Below, piece by piece: positions 40,854-49,948 of a stretch of 64,000 nucleotides of DNA. Below the pieces are notes generated by a model. The model did no database searches. It was not told the DNA's origin and saw only the letters and a list, made by a program, of their open reading frames with translations. The stretch's first letter is position 1. The number at the start of each line of letters is the position of its first letter. This DNA comes from Pseudomonadota bacterium (GTDB taxonomy: Bacteria > Desulfobacterota > Desulfarculia > Adiutricales > JAGVGV01): the NCBI GenBank assembly GCA_043806915.1, contig JAZDGM010000020.1:21690-85689 (forward strand), in the 5' to 3' direction. The translations under genes and the position numbers were made by a program.

Positions 40854-41714
40854 GTGGACGTCTATGAGATAAGCCTGGCCACGGTGGTTTGCATCAACAT
40901 TATCCTGGCCGTGGGCTTGAACCTGATCACCGGGTATTGCGGCCAGATCAGCCTGGGGCACGCCGCCTTCTACGGCATCGGCGCCTACGCGGCCGCGCTC
41001 CTGGCCAAGGCGGGCGGCCCCTGGCCCCTCGCCCTGACCGCCGGGTTTCTGGCCTCCGGCCTGGCCGGGATCGTCATCGGGTTGACCAGCCTACGGGTCA
41101 GGGAGGATTTTTTGGCCATAACCACCATGGGGGTCGGCTTCCTTTTCGTGGGGATCGTCCGGCAGCAGGAATTTTTGGGCGGAGAATTGGGCGTGTCGTC
41201 CATTCCGGCCGCGGGATTGAGCAAGCCCGGGTTTTTGGTCCTGGCCCTGGTCCTGGCCCTGGCCTCCGTGGGGTTCAGCTTGTGGGTGAAGCGGTCGTGG
41301 ATGGGGTTCGCCTTCGACGCCGTGGCCGATGACGAGGACGCGGCCCGGGGGTTGAGCGTGGACGCGGCCGCGTACAAGCTGACGGCCTTCGCCATGGGCG
41401 CGGCCCTGGCCGGGCTGGCCGGAGGTCTTTACGCCTTCTTCGCCCGGTTTATCGTGCCCGACGATTTTGGGTTCATCACTTCCATCTCGATTTTATCCAT
41501 GGTGGCGGTCGGGGGGATAGGATCGGTCCTCGGGGCCTTGGCCGGCGCCGTAATCCTGACCCTTATGCCCGAGTTCTTCCGGTTTCTAAGCGATTACAAG
41601 CTGTTGGTTTACGGGGCCCTGCTTTTCGCCGTCATGCGTTTCGCTCCCGATGGATTGGCGGGCCTGGCCGGGCGGTCGGCGCGACGGTTGTTCGGACGGG
41701 GAGGGGCTTCATGA
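40854..41714 (+). CDS. Liv-type ABC permease (LivM-like)
   Basis: GYCGQISLGHAAF, GGIGS, PDGL. Confidence 0.9.
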   Translation: MDVYEISLATVVCINIILAVGLNLITGYCGQISLGHAAFYGIGAYAAALLAKAGGPWPLALTAGFLASGLAGIVIGLTSLRVREDFLAITTMGVGFLFVGIVRQQEFLGGELGVSSIPAAGLSKPGFLVLALVLALASVGFSLWVKRSWMGFAFDAVADDEDAARGLSVDAAAYKLTAFAMGAALAGLAGGLYAFFARFIVPDDFGFITSISILSMVAVGGIGSVLGALAGAVILTLMPEFFRFLSDYKLLVYGALLFAVMRFAPDGLAGLAGRSARRLFGRGGAS

Positions 41715-42475
41715 GCGCCCTACTCGGCGTTTCCGGCGTCACGGTCCGCTTCGGCGGGGTCACGGCCCTGGACGACGTCGGCTTCGAGGTCCGGAAGGGG
41801 GAGTTCCTCAGCCTGATCGGACCGAACGGCGCCGGAAAAACCACCATGCTGCGGGTTATCGCCGGCTTGATCAAGCCCCGGACGGCGCGGGTGGTCCTGG
41901 ACGGTCGGGACATCTCCAGCCTGGCGATCCATCAACGGGTCCGCCTGGGCCTGGCCTTGACCCATCAAATCGTACGGCCCCTGAGGTCCATGACGGTCCT
42001 GGACAACGTCGCCCTGGCCGTTGGTTGGCGTAGGATCGGCAATCCGCTCCGTGCCCTGGTTTCCCTCGACCGGCGGGCCGAGAGGGTTCGGGCCCGGGAA
42101 ATTTTGGATTTTTTCGATATCGGCGACGTGGCGGACAAACCGGCGGCGGGACAGCCCCTCGGGGTTTTGAAACGCCTCGAAGCGGCCCGGGCCCTGGCCC
42201 TGGGACCCAAGCTTCTTCTGCTGGACGAACCCCTGGCCGGGCTGAACAGCGTGGAAGCCGCCCGGCTGGCCGACGCCATTACCAAGGTCAACAACCAAGG
42301 GATAACCGTGGTCATGATCGAGCATAACCTGGGGGAAGTGCTCCGGGTGAGCCGGCGGTTGGTCGTTTTGGACAACGGCCGCAAGATCGCCGACGGGGAC
42401 CCCGGCCAAGTCATGCGGGAGTCGGCCGTTAGGGCCGCGTACGTGGGAAAGGAAAAAACGAATGCTGCGGCTTGA
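41711..42475 (+). CDS. Liv-type ABC ATPase (LivG-like)
   Basis: GPNGAGKT, LLLDEPLAG, IEH. Confidence 0.9.
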   Translation: MSALLGVSGVTVRFGGVTALDDVGFEVRKGEFLSLIGPNGAGKTTMLRVIAGLIKPRTARVVLDGRDISSLAIHQRVRLGLALTHQIVRPLRSMTVLDNVALAVGWRRIGNPLRALVSLDRRAERVRAREILDFFDIGDVADKPAAGQPLGVLKRLEAARALALGPKLLLLDEPLAGLNSVEAARLADAITKVNNQGITVVMIEHNLGEVLRVSRRLVVLDNGRKIADGDPGQVMRESAVRAAYVGKEKTNAAA

Positions 42476-43181
42476 GGGGCTGTGCTGCGGTTACGGGCCC
42501 ATGAGGGCCGTGCATGGACTGAACCTGGAAGCCGGCGGGGGGGAAGTCGCCGCGCTTCTGGGCGCCAACGGCGCGGGCAAGTCCTCGGTCATCATGTGCC
42601 TGGCCGGCCATGTGACCGTCCAGGAAGGGCGCGTTTTTCTGGAAGACCGGGACATCACCCGGGACTCGCCCATGGCCAGGGTCGCGAAGGGGATCGCCCT
42701 GACTCCGGAAGGGCGAAGGTTGTTCGCCCGGCTGACCGTGCGGGAAAACCTCGTCATCGGCGGATATTGCCTGCCCAAGGTTCGAACCGCGCCCAACATG
42801 GAAAAGGTCCTGACCCTTTTCCCGCGCTTGGGGGAGCGCCTGGACCAGGCGGCGGGCTCCTTGTCCGGAGGCGAGCAGCAGATGCTGTCCCTGGGGCGGG
42901 CCTTGATGTCCGAGCCCAAAATCCTGCTGGTGGATGAAATCTCCCTGGGCCTCATGCCCAAGGCCATCGACATCTGCTACGAGGCCCTGGCCGATTTGAA
43001 GCGCCGGGGGCTGTCCATTATCCTGGTCGAACAGAGCACCCAGCGGGCCCTGGAAACCGCGGACCAGGTGCTAGTCCTCGAATCCGGGCGGACCGTTTGG
43101 TCCGGGACCGGCGATCAGGCTCGGCGCGACAGCGGCCTGATCGACGCCTTCCTGGGACTGGGAGAGGGGCCGGGAAGCTGA
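42462..43181 (+). CDS. Liv-type ABC ATPase (LivF-like)
   Basis: GANGAGKS, PEGRRLF, LSGGEQQM, VEQ. Confidence 0.9.
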   Translation: MLRLEGLCCGYGPMRAVHGLNLEAGGGEVAALLGANGAGKSSVIMCLAGHVTVQEGRVFLEDRDITRDSPMARVAKGIALTPEGRRLFARLTVRENLVIGGYCLPKVRTAPNMEKVLTLFPRLGERLDQAAGSLSGGEQQMLSLGRALMSEPKILLVDEISLGLMPKAIDICYEALADLKRRGLSIILVEQSTQRALETADQVLVLESGRTVWSGTGDQARRDSGLIDAFLGLGEGPGS

Positions 43182-43614
43182 AAAAAACCGGTCGTCTTGA
43201 CCGCCCTAGCCCGCTCCACTCATGCAATCAACCCGCCGCCGCTTGATCTCGAGCAAAAATTGTGACTTCCGGCTCCGGCCTCCGTATAGATTATAGAAAA
43301 ACGGACTTGGCGGTCCCTGGACGCTGAATGAGTGGGGAGCGACCGGGCAAAAGGCCCTCGACGGGGTCGCGGCCTTCCTTTTTGCGAGGAAATATAGTAA
43401 ACTGGGCCTTAACGGATGCCGCCCGACGACGACAACAATCGGCTGCTCCGTCTTCGGAAAATAATTTTGAGCCTGTAAAAAAGTTTTCGGCGGTCCCGGG
43501 GACCCCGAGAAAACCTTCACCGCCGGCCGCCGCGGCGGCGACCCGTTGTCTGACTCCACCGCTCGAACCCCAGCGCTTTTTCGCGGCCGCCATAATTGGG
43601 AAGAGGCTCGTAAA

Positions 43615-45255
43615 ATGCGCGTCGCCGATTTGACTCGATTTTTGTTGTTTCCCTTGAAAAAAAATGGGTGGACCGACCCCGTGCTCTGGCTGGCGTTGCT
43701 GCTGGCCGGCTTTTTGTTGTTCCATAACCTGGGCCAACGCCCCCTCTGGCAGGACGAGGCCGAGACCGCCTGCCTGGCCCGGAATGTCCTGAAATTCGGG
43801 ACGCCCCTCGCCTTTGACGGCAAGAACCTTATATCCCAGGAAGAAGGGTTGGAATTCGGAAGCGACGACGGGCGCCTGTGGCGGTGGTCCCCCTGGCTTC
43901 AGATTTATCTCCAGGCCCTGGGCTTTTTGATCTTCACGCCGGGGACCTTCGCCGCCCGCTTTCCCTTCGCCGTCTGCGGGTGGTTGACCATATTGTTTTC
44001 CTACCGGATTGTCCTAAGGGCCTCCGGGGACCTGGCCTGGGCGAGAACGACCGCCGGGTTGCTGAGTCTGTCCGTTCCATTTATCCTCTTCGCCCGGCAA
44101 GGGCGGTACTATGCCGCGGGGTCCCTGCTGGCGGTCCTGATCCTATATTTTTTTCAGGATTTTCGGCGGAACGATTTAAGTGCCCCGACCTTGGCGGCCC
44201 TGGCGGCGACGGGCCTGTTTTACGCCAATTACATCCTTTTTTTCAGCTACCTGGCCGGAATATCCCTGGCGGTCCTGGTTTTTTACCGCGGGGAAATTAC
44301 TAGTCGCCAGGCGGCCTGGGGCCTGGGGCTCACCGGGGTCCTGCTCATTCCGGGACTGCTGATTTACAGAATGGGCCGGCAGGCCGGTCTGTTCGACCTT
44401 GCCCTCGCCTGGCAAAATCTCGGCAGTTACCTGGTTGATTTTTTTCTTTTTTTCTTGCCCCTGCCCGTAGCGCTATATGTCGTCTTTGTCGCAATCGCCC
44501 CCTTGTTTTCAAGGACGCGGCCCCAACCGGACGAACCCCGGAAATTCGTTCTTTTCCTCGGCCTGGCGATTTTAATTAATATTTCCTGCCTGGCCTTGGC
44601 GCCGTTGGTCTTCACCCGGTATTTGGTTCATCTTTTTCCCGCGGCGGCCGTCATCGCCGCCTGGGTCGCGGTCAGGGCCTTTCGTTTCAACGGATTTTCC
44701 GGCGTCCTGCTCTTTATTCTGCTGGGGGCGACCAATTTTTTGCACATTATTCCCCTCGACCTGCCGGGTAAGGTCAAGCGGCCCTGGTACGCTTCCTTCA
44801 ACACCCTGATCTGCCCCGATATTCCCCTGAGGCTTTATCTGGCCGAGATTTTCGGCGAGCGCCAGGACGTGAACCAATGCGCCATCGATTTTTTTCGGAA
44901 AAACGCCGGGGAAGAAGATACGGTCCTGGCCACGTACGGAGACCTTCCGTTGATCTTTTACACAGACTTGCAGGTGTTCGGAGGCCTACAGGGCCGGGTC
45001 CCCCCTCCCGGCTTGCTTCCGGACTGGATTTTGGTCCGGCCGTTTTTCGGCTTGGCCCGCAGCGGCGATTTTTTTCGTTCCGATGGTTACCTGATGAAAA
45101 AGATCGACCTGGAAAGACAGTATGAAAAGATACTCCTGGATTGTCCGGCGGAACTGTGGGGAGCGCGGGCCGACCCGTACGTTCATCGCTTCCTGCCGGT
45201 TCCCGAGCCGTTCACCCGTCTGGCGGTCTATAAAAAGAGAAAGGATTCGAAATGA
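43615..45255 (+). CDS. GT-C (ArnT/PMT-like, family 39) membrane glycosyltransferase
   Basis: LWQDEA after first TM helix, ARFP, RQGRYY, many TM helices. Confidence 0.8.
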   Translation: MRVADLTRFLLFPLKKNGWTDPVLWLALLLAGFLLFHNLGQRPLWQDEAETACLARNVLKFGTPLAFDGKNLISQEEGLEFGSDDGRLWRWSPWLQIYLQALGFLIFTPGTFAARFPFAVCGWLTILFSYRIVLRASGDLAWARTTAGLLSLSVPFILFARQGRYYAAGSLLAVLILYFFQDFRRNDLSAPTLAALAATGLFYANYILFFSYLAGISLAVLVFYRGEITSRQAAWGLGLTGVLLIPGLLIYRMGRQAGLFDLALAWQNLGSYLVDFFLFFLPLPVALYVVFVAIAPLFSRTRPQPDEPRKFVLFLGLAILINISCLALAPLVFTRYLVHLFPAAAVIAAWVAVRAFRFNGFSGVLLFILLGATNFLHIIPLDLPGKVKRPWYASFNTLICPDIPLRLYLAEIFGERQDVNQCAIDFFRKNAGEEDTVLATYGDLPLIFYTDLQVFGGLQGRVPPPGLLPDWILVRPFFGLARSGDFFRSDGYLMKKIDLERQYEKILLDCPAELWGARADPYVHRFLPVPEPFTRLAVYKKRKDSK

Positions 45256-45689
45256 AAACTTCCCTAGAGATTCCGCCGGGGCGGGCGCCGGTCCGGCCCG
45301 ACCTGGCCCGGCGTGGAGCGTTAATACTGGCGGTCGCCCTGTCCCTGGTCATGTTGGTCGGTCTGCTCGAAACTCCGTTTGTCGCCAGTAGGCTGGCGCC
45401 CCGGGCATTTTGGGAAACCTATTGCCGCCGCGCCGGAAAGAGGGTCGTCGGGGCCGGGAACGACCTGAAAATATGGGACGAAATAATCGCGAAAGCCCGG
45501 GCGGCCAAGTCCGAAAAGCCCGGGGAAGACGAGCGCCTGGCCAAGCTCGAGGCCGCCCGGCATCTGCTTTTCGAACACAAAAAAATGATGGAGGAAAAAT
45601 GGCGGCAGCTCGAGAGCGAGCGGGACAAGTTCCTCGCCCGGTCCCGAGCCCGGGACGGGTCGGCCAGGGTCGGCGTCAACAGGCTTTAA
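45252..45689 (+). CDS. hypothetical membrane-anchored coiled-coil protein
   Basis: ATGA overlap with the GT gene, one hydrophobic helix. Confidence 0.6.
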   Translation: MKTSLEIPPGRAPVRPDLARRGALILAVALSLVMLVGLLETPFVASRLAPRAFWETYCRRAGKRVVGAGNDLKIWDEIIAKARAAKSEKPGEDERLAKLEAARHLLFEHKKMMEEKWRQLESERDKFLARSRARDGSARVGVNRL

Positions 45690-45941
45690 CCGGTCCGACC
45701 CCCGCTTGCCCGCCGCGCCGCCGAAAAGGGCTTGACGGCGGGCGACGAATGCTGCGAATAAGTAATGGTAATCCATGTTGGGCCCGGCCCTGTAGTCGAA
45801 AGCGAAGCCACGGGCCGGGGGCGAAGTTTTTCCCGGCCCTGATCAGGGGCCCCGTCCAGGGAGACGACGGATTTTTCCCGGCGCGTTGCTAGACCGCCTT
45901 GGCTTTGTCGATGGCGGTTTTATCGGAAAGAGGACCAGACC

Positions 45942-47228
45942 ATGAAAGCTTCCAGCTTGCGCCTTATCCAATTCAGGGGCGCGACTGACCTATTAATGAA
46001 TGTGGGACCCGGACTTACTCTCCTCGTGGGAGTCAACGGCGCCGGTAAAACGACCGTACTGGACGCCCTGGCGATCATGTTTTCCTGGGCGGCGGCGCGA
46101 TTGCGTTCCCCCAATTCCAGCGGGCGGAGAATCATCGACGCCGACATTCAAAATGCAAAAAATTTCTCCTCATTGGAACTAAACTGCCGGATTGAATCGC
46201 CGGGGCCCTTGGAGATATCCTGGCGTCTGGGGCAGACGCGCAAGGGAAGAAACCCGGACCTAAACTCTTCCGGGACGACATTGTTGAGGGGGCTGAGCGA
46301 ATGGGCCAACCGAACCCGGGACCGGATCGGCCGAGCCGATTCCCGGACAAATATTCCGCTGTTTGTCTCGTATCCCGTCAATCGATCGGTTTTGGACATC
46401 CCCTTGCGAATAAGAAAATCTCACGTGTTCGACATAGTGGAAGCCTATGACGGCGCTTTCACCGTCGGCGCCAATTTTCGCGCCTTTTTTGAATGGTTTC
46501 GCAATCGCGAGGATATCGAAAACGAGAGTTATAGGGATTCCGGTCAATTGATTGAAGACGTCCAGTTAAGCGCCGTCCGCCGGGCCATCTCGGCTTTCCT
46601 GCCCGAGGTTACAAGTATTACCGTGAAGAGGAGTCCCTTGCGGATGGAAGTGGAGAAGGACGGGCGGACTTATCGCGTGGAACAGATGTCGGACGGTGAA
46701 AAGTGCATGCTGGCCTTGGTCGGCGATCTGGCCCGAAGGCTCGCCATCGCCAACCCCGACACGGGCGACCCCCTGCAAGGCGAAGGCGTCGTGCTCATAG
46801 ACGAGATTGACTTGCACTTGCATCCCGCCTGGCAACGTCGGGTCGTCAGGCAACTACCCCTGACCTTCCCCAACTGCCAGTTCATCGTGTCTACGCATTC
46901 CCCTCAAATTTTCGGCGAGGTCGCGGCTCAAGACATCCGGCGGCTGACTGTCGATTCTGAACGCGGCGTCATTTCCACCACCCCCGCGCAAGCACTGGGA
47001 CTTGACTCGTGTGAAATCCTTCAGGAACACATGGGGACGCCAAGGCGTAACCAGGAGGTTGACGAGGCGCTGGCGGATATTTTCCAGTTGATTGACGTCG
47101 AGGATTATTGGGCGGCTAGAAAGCGGATACGGGACCTGCGAAACGAGCTTAACGGCGGGATTCCCGAGCTTGTTCGGGCGGAAGCTCTCATTGCCATGCT
47201 GGAGCCCGATGAGGGAACCAAGGAATGA
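45942..47228 (+). CDS. ABC/AAA ATPase, PtuA (Septu / retron I-A effector)-like
   Basis: GVNGAGKT, FFEWFRNRED, MSDGEK, DLARRL, LIDEIDLHLHPAWQ, FPNCQFIVSTHSP. Confidence 0.88.
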   Translation: MKASSLRLIQFRGATDLLMNVGPGLTLLVGVNGAGKTTVLDALAIMFSWAAARLRSPNSSGRRIIDADIQNAKNFSSLELNCRIESPGPLEISWRLGQTRKGRNPDLNSSGTTLLRGLSEWANRTRDRIGRADSRTNIPLFVSYPVNRSVLDIPLRIRKSHVFDIVEAYDGAFTVGANFRAFFEWFRNREDIENESYRDSGQLIEDVQLSAVRRAISAFLPEVTSITVKRSPLRMEVEKDGRTYRVEQMSDGEKCMLALVGDLARRLAIANPDTGDPLQGEGVVLIDEIDLHLHPAWQRRVVRQLPLTFPNCQFIVSTHSPQIFGEVAAQDIRRLTVDSERGVISTTPAQALGLDSCEILQEHMGTPRRNQEVDEALADIFQLIDVEDYWAARKRIRDLRNELNGGIPELVRAEALIAMLEPDEGTKE

Positions 47229-47866
47229 GGGCGATTAGGAAGGGCGTGGGACCCGAGGAACTGGCCCGATTTCGCGCGCAACCCGGCGCGGTGTACGATG
47301 GAGGCGGTTTCACGCCGGTGAAAGACCGGATTCGTGAACAACTCCTGGTGGAACAGGGCCGCCTTTGCGCCTACTGCATGCAACGAATCGCGGCCGATTC
47401 GATGAAAGTCGAGCATTGGCGTTGTCGGAAAAATTATCCGGACGGGCAACTCGACTATGGGAACCTGCTGGGGTGTTGTTCGGGGAATGAAGGCGCCCGC
47501 GGCAAGGAACAGCATTGCGACTCCAAAAAAGGCGATGACGATATTATTTTCAACCCCGCCGACCCTAATCACCACCCGCGCCTGAGGATACGTTATTTCG
47601 GGGACGGAACAATAGTCTCGGACGATGATCGATTCAAGGCCGAGATCGAGGAGATTCTCAACCTTAATTGGTCAAGGTTGCGGGAAAACCGGAAAAAAGT
47701 CTTGGACGCCGTCATTGGGGCGTTGGGGCGCGACCATGGTCCAAGGACCAGGGCGGAAATCCGACGGTTGATAAAAAAATGGAATTCCACGGACGCGGAA
47801 GGACGTCTCAGGGAATATTGCGATGTGGTCATTTACTATTTAAGCAAGAAACTTAAAGCTTTATAG
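47225..47866 (+). CDS. HNH endonuclease, PtuB-like (TIGR02646 type)
   Basis: EQGRLCAYC, VEH, LDYGNLLGCC, HCDSKK, ILNLN; ATGA overlap with the ATPase. Confidence 0.88.
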   Translation: MRAIRKGVGPEELARFRAQPGAVYDGGGFTPVKDRIREQLLVEQGRLCAYCMQRIAADSMKVEHWRCRKNYPDGQLDYGNLLGCCSGNEGARGKEQHCDSKKGDDDIIFNPADPNHHPRLRIRYFGDGTIVSDDDRFKAEIEEILNLNWSRLRENRKKVLDAVIGALGRDHGPRTRAEIRRLIKKWNSTDAEGRLREYCDVVIYYLSKKLKAL

Positions 47867-47974
47867 AAAACCATCCGGTTGGGCTTCTCCTCGCCGACCG
47901 CCCGCGCCTTGACGGTGGCCCCGGTTTCATTACCGGCCGAGCTCGTTATTAGCCGCTTTCCTGGTCGGGCCGCC

Positions 47975-48955
47975 TCATTTCAACGGCTTACGGTCGAACA
48001 ATTCCTGAAAATAAGTGAAGGTCTGGGCCACGTTGTCCAGGGTCGGCATCAGGTGGGCCGGGGTGATCCTCTCGAAAAAAAGAATCCGCAGCACGTCCGG
48101 AGCGGTCGCGGAAGGCGCGGTGATCTTCAGGAGCGGTATATCCTCGGGGGGGCCCGGCCAGGACGTCTCGATGGCCGCGTCCAGGGAGGGCCACTGGCCG
48201 GTCTGGAGATAGTGAAGATTGGCCTGGTCGTCGTACAGGAATAACCCCCCCTGGGAACGCAGGTAATCGTTCTGGCCGCTGGAAGCCAGGACCATCTTGA
48301 CCCTCAGGGAATCCCGACCCCCGCTCAGGCCCAAATGCCTGACGTCCACGGCCCAGACCGCCATTTTTTCCCCGGGGCCGGAACCTTTTTCGGCCTTCCA
48401 GGCCCCCTGGGCCGCGAAGTAGGCCGCCACCAGGGGGGACCTGGTCCAATCCAACAGCCGGGTCGGAATGCCGTGGTGCTGGGCGATGGCGAAGGCTTCC
48501 ACCAGGGATGGCGGCGGCAGGGGTTGTCCCAGCAACTGGGACGAAAGGCTGGCCGGCTCCCGGACCCCCCGGGAAAAAGCCGCTTTCTGGTCCGCGATTT
48601 CCCGGCGCAAATCATACCTGATCGGCGTGGAAATGCCGACTTCGTCCGCCAGTTCGAGGAACCATTCCACGGTGGTCAATTCGGACAGGACGTGCTGGGC
48701 CAGGTACATCTGGCGGGGCAGCTCGGTCGGTTCCCGGTCGCAGTCCTTCCAGATTCCGGAAAAATCCTTGATGGTCTCGGGCCGGAGGGCCTTGGGGGTG
48801 AGGGACCAGGCCGCGTCGCCCTTGCCGCGAAAGATCCAGCCCGTGGGGTCGGTCAGGGTGATCTCGCTCGGGAGGGCGGACCGCCATCTTTGAGCCGATG
48901 GTCTAAGGAACTCGATGAATTCCTCGCCGCTGGTCAGTTGGATTTCCTTTACCAT
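47975..48955 (-). CDS. FRG domain protein
   Basis: WIFRG, AQHHGIPTRLLDWT..PLVAAYFA, N..LRSQGGLF. Confidence 0.9.
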   Translation of the reverse strand: MVKEIQLTSGEEFIEFLRPSAQRWRSALPSEITLTDPTGWIFRGKGDAAWSLTPKALRPETIKDFSGIWKDCDREPTELPRQMYLAQHVLSELTTVEWFLELADEVGISTPIRYDLRREIADQKAAFSRGVREPASLSSQLLGQPLPPPSLVEAFAIAQHHGIPTRLLDWTRSPLVAAYFAAQGAWKAEKGSGPGEKMAVWAVDVRHLGLSGGRDSLRVKMVLASSGQNDYLRSQGGLFLYDDQANLHYLQTGQWPSLDAAIETSWPGPPEDIPLLKITAPSATAPDVLRILFFERITPAHLMPTLDNVAQTFTYFQELFDRKPLK

Positions 48956-49080
48956 AATTTTCCGTCCGTCTGGGGGCGGCTTTTGCTTTTCCCCCGGTCG
49001 TGGTATTTTGTTCCAATCTAATTATTAGTCCGATTTTACCACAAATAGACGTCGGGGCAACTTCATTCGCGGGTCATTTT

Positions 49081-49126
49081 AAAAGTGTGAGGTGACGCTT
49101 GACACTTTTTCGAGGCCGTGCTAACT
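49081..49126 (+). promoter_or_regulatory. promoter with inverted repeat overlapping -35 (candidate operator)
   Basis: AAAAGTGTGA-N9-TGACACTTTT spanning TTGACA at 49099. Confidence 0.55.
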
Positions 49127-49151
49127 TCCCCCAAAAATCACAGGAGACCTT

Positions 49152-49874
49152 GTGGCGGACGAGAAACCCAAAAAAGAACGGGACGGCGTCCCGGAACAGT
49201 TGATGAAGATGAAGGACCTGGCCGCGGCCGTGGGGCTTCCCAAATCGACCATCCTCCACTATGTGAACCAGGGCCTGTTGCCCGAACCGGTCCGGACGGG
49301 GCCCAACATGGCCTACTACCACCCCGCCTGCGTGGAACGCATCGGTTTCATCAGACAGGTCCAGTCCAAGCACCGCCTGCCCCTGGCCGTGATCAAGGGT
49401 TTGATCCGGGAAATGGAGAAGGGGCGGGACGTTTCCGCCCTGGTGGAGTTGCAGGCCTACCTGTTCGGCCAGAGCTGGTCCCGCCGGAGGCTGGACCAGG
49501 CCGCCTTCGGCCAGGCCGCGGGGTTGTCCCCGGAGGACTTGGAAAAATTATTGAGCCAGAAGATCATCAGCCCCCTGGAAAACGGCCTGTTCGACCAGGA
49601 AGACGTCGCCATCGGCCGGATTCTCAAGCGGGGCTTGGAACGCGGGGTGGAGCCCGGGGATTGGTCTTTTTACGTCCGCCTGGCCGAGGAGATCGTGGAC
49701 CAGGAAATGGCCCTGCGGGCTAAATGCACGGCCGATCTGTCCTTCGAGGACGACGCGGTCCTGACCATGGAACTGACCAAGGCTGGTCGGGCCCTGCGGG
49801 CCTACATCATCGACCGGCGGTTTCAACGACGGATCATCAAGATGAAGGGGTTGAAAAACGATCGCGACAAATAG
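49152..49874 (+). CDS. MerR-family transcriptional regulator
   Basis: MKMKDLAAAVGLPKSTILHYVNQGLL..NMAYY HTH. Confidence 0.88.
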   Translation: MADEKPKKERDGVPEQLMKMKDLAAAVGLPKSTILHYVNQGLLPEPVRTGPNMAYYHPACVERIGFIRQVQSKHRLPLAVIKGLIREMEKGRDVSALVELQAYLFGQSWSRRRLDQAAFGQAAGLSPEDLEKLLSQKIISPLENGLFDQEDVAIGRILKRGLERGVEPGDWSFYVRLAEEIVDQEMALRAKCTADLSFEDDAVLTMELTKAGRALRAYIIDRRFQRRIIKMKGLKNDRDK

Positions 49875-49948
49875 GCCGATTCCGGGTTTCCGGGGTCGGC
49901 CGGCAATATCGCCTGGGTTCCGAGGGTTTTAACACATGGGAGGTTTTC

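Noticed and set aside
45790-45830. c-di-GMP-I riboswitch (GAAA..GCGAAGCCACGGGCC)
   Set aside because: Lacks the GGCAAAC P2 stem and the paired 3' side; resemblance is partial.
45730-47866. Complete retron
   Set aside because: No RT gene and no clear a1/a2 inverted repeats.
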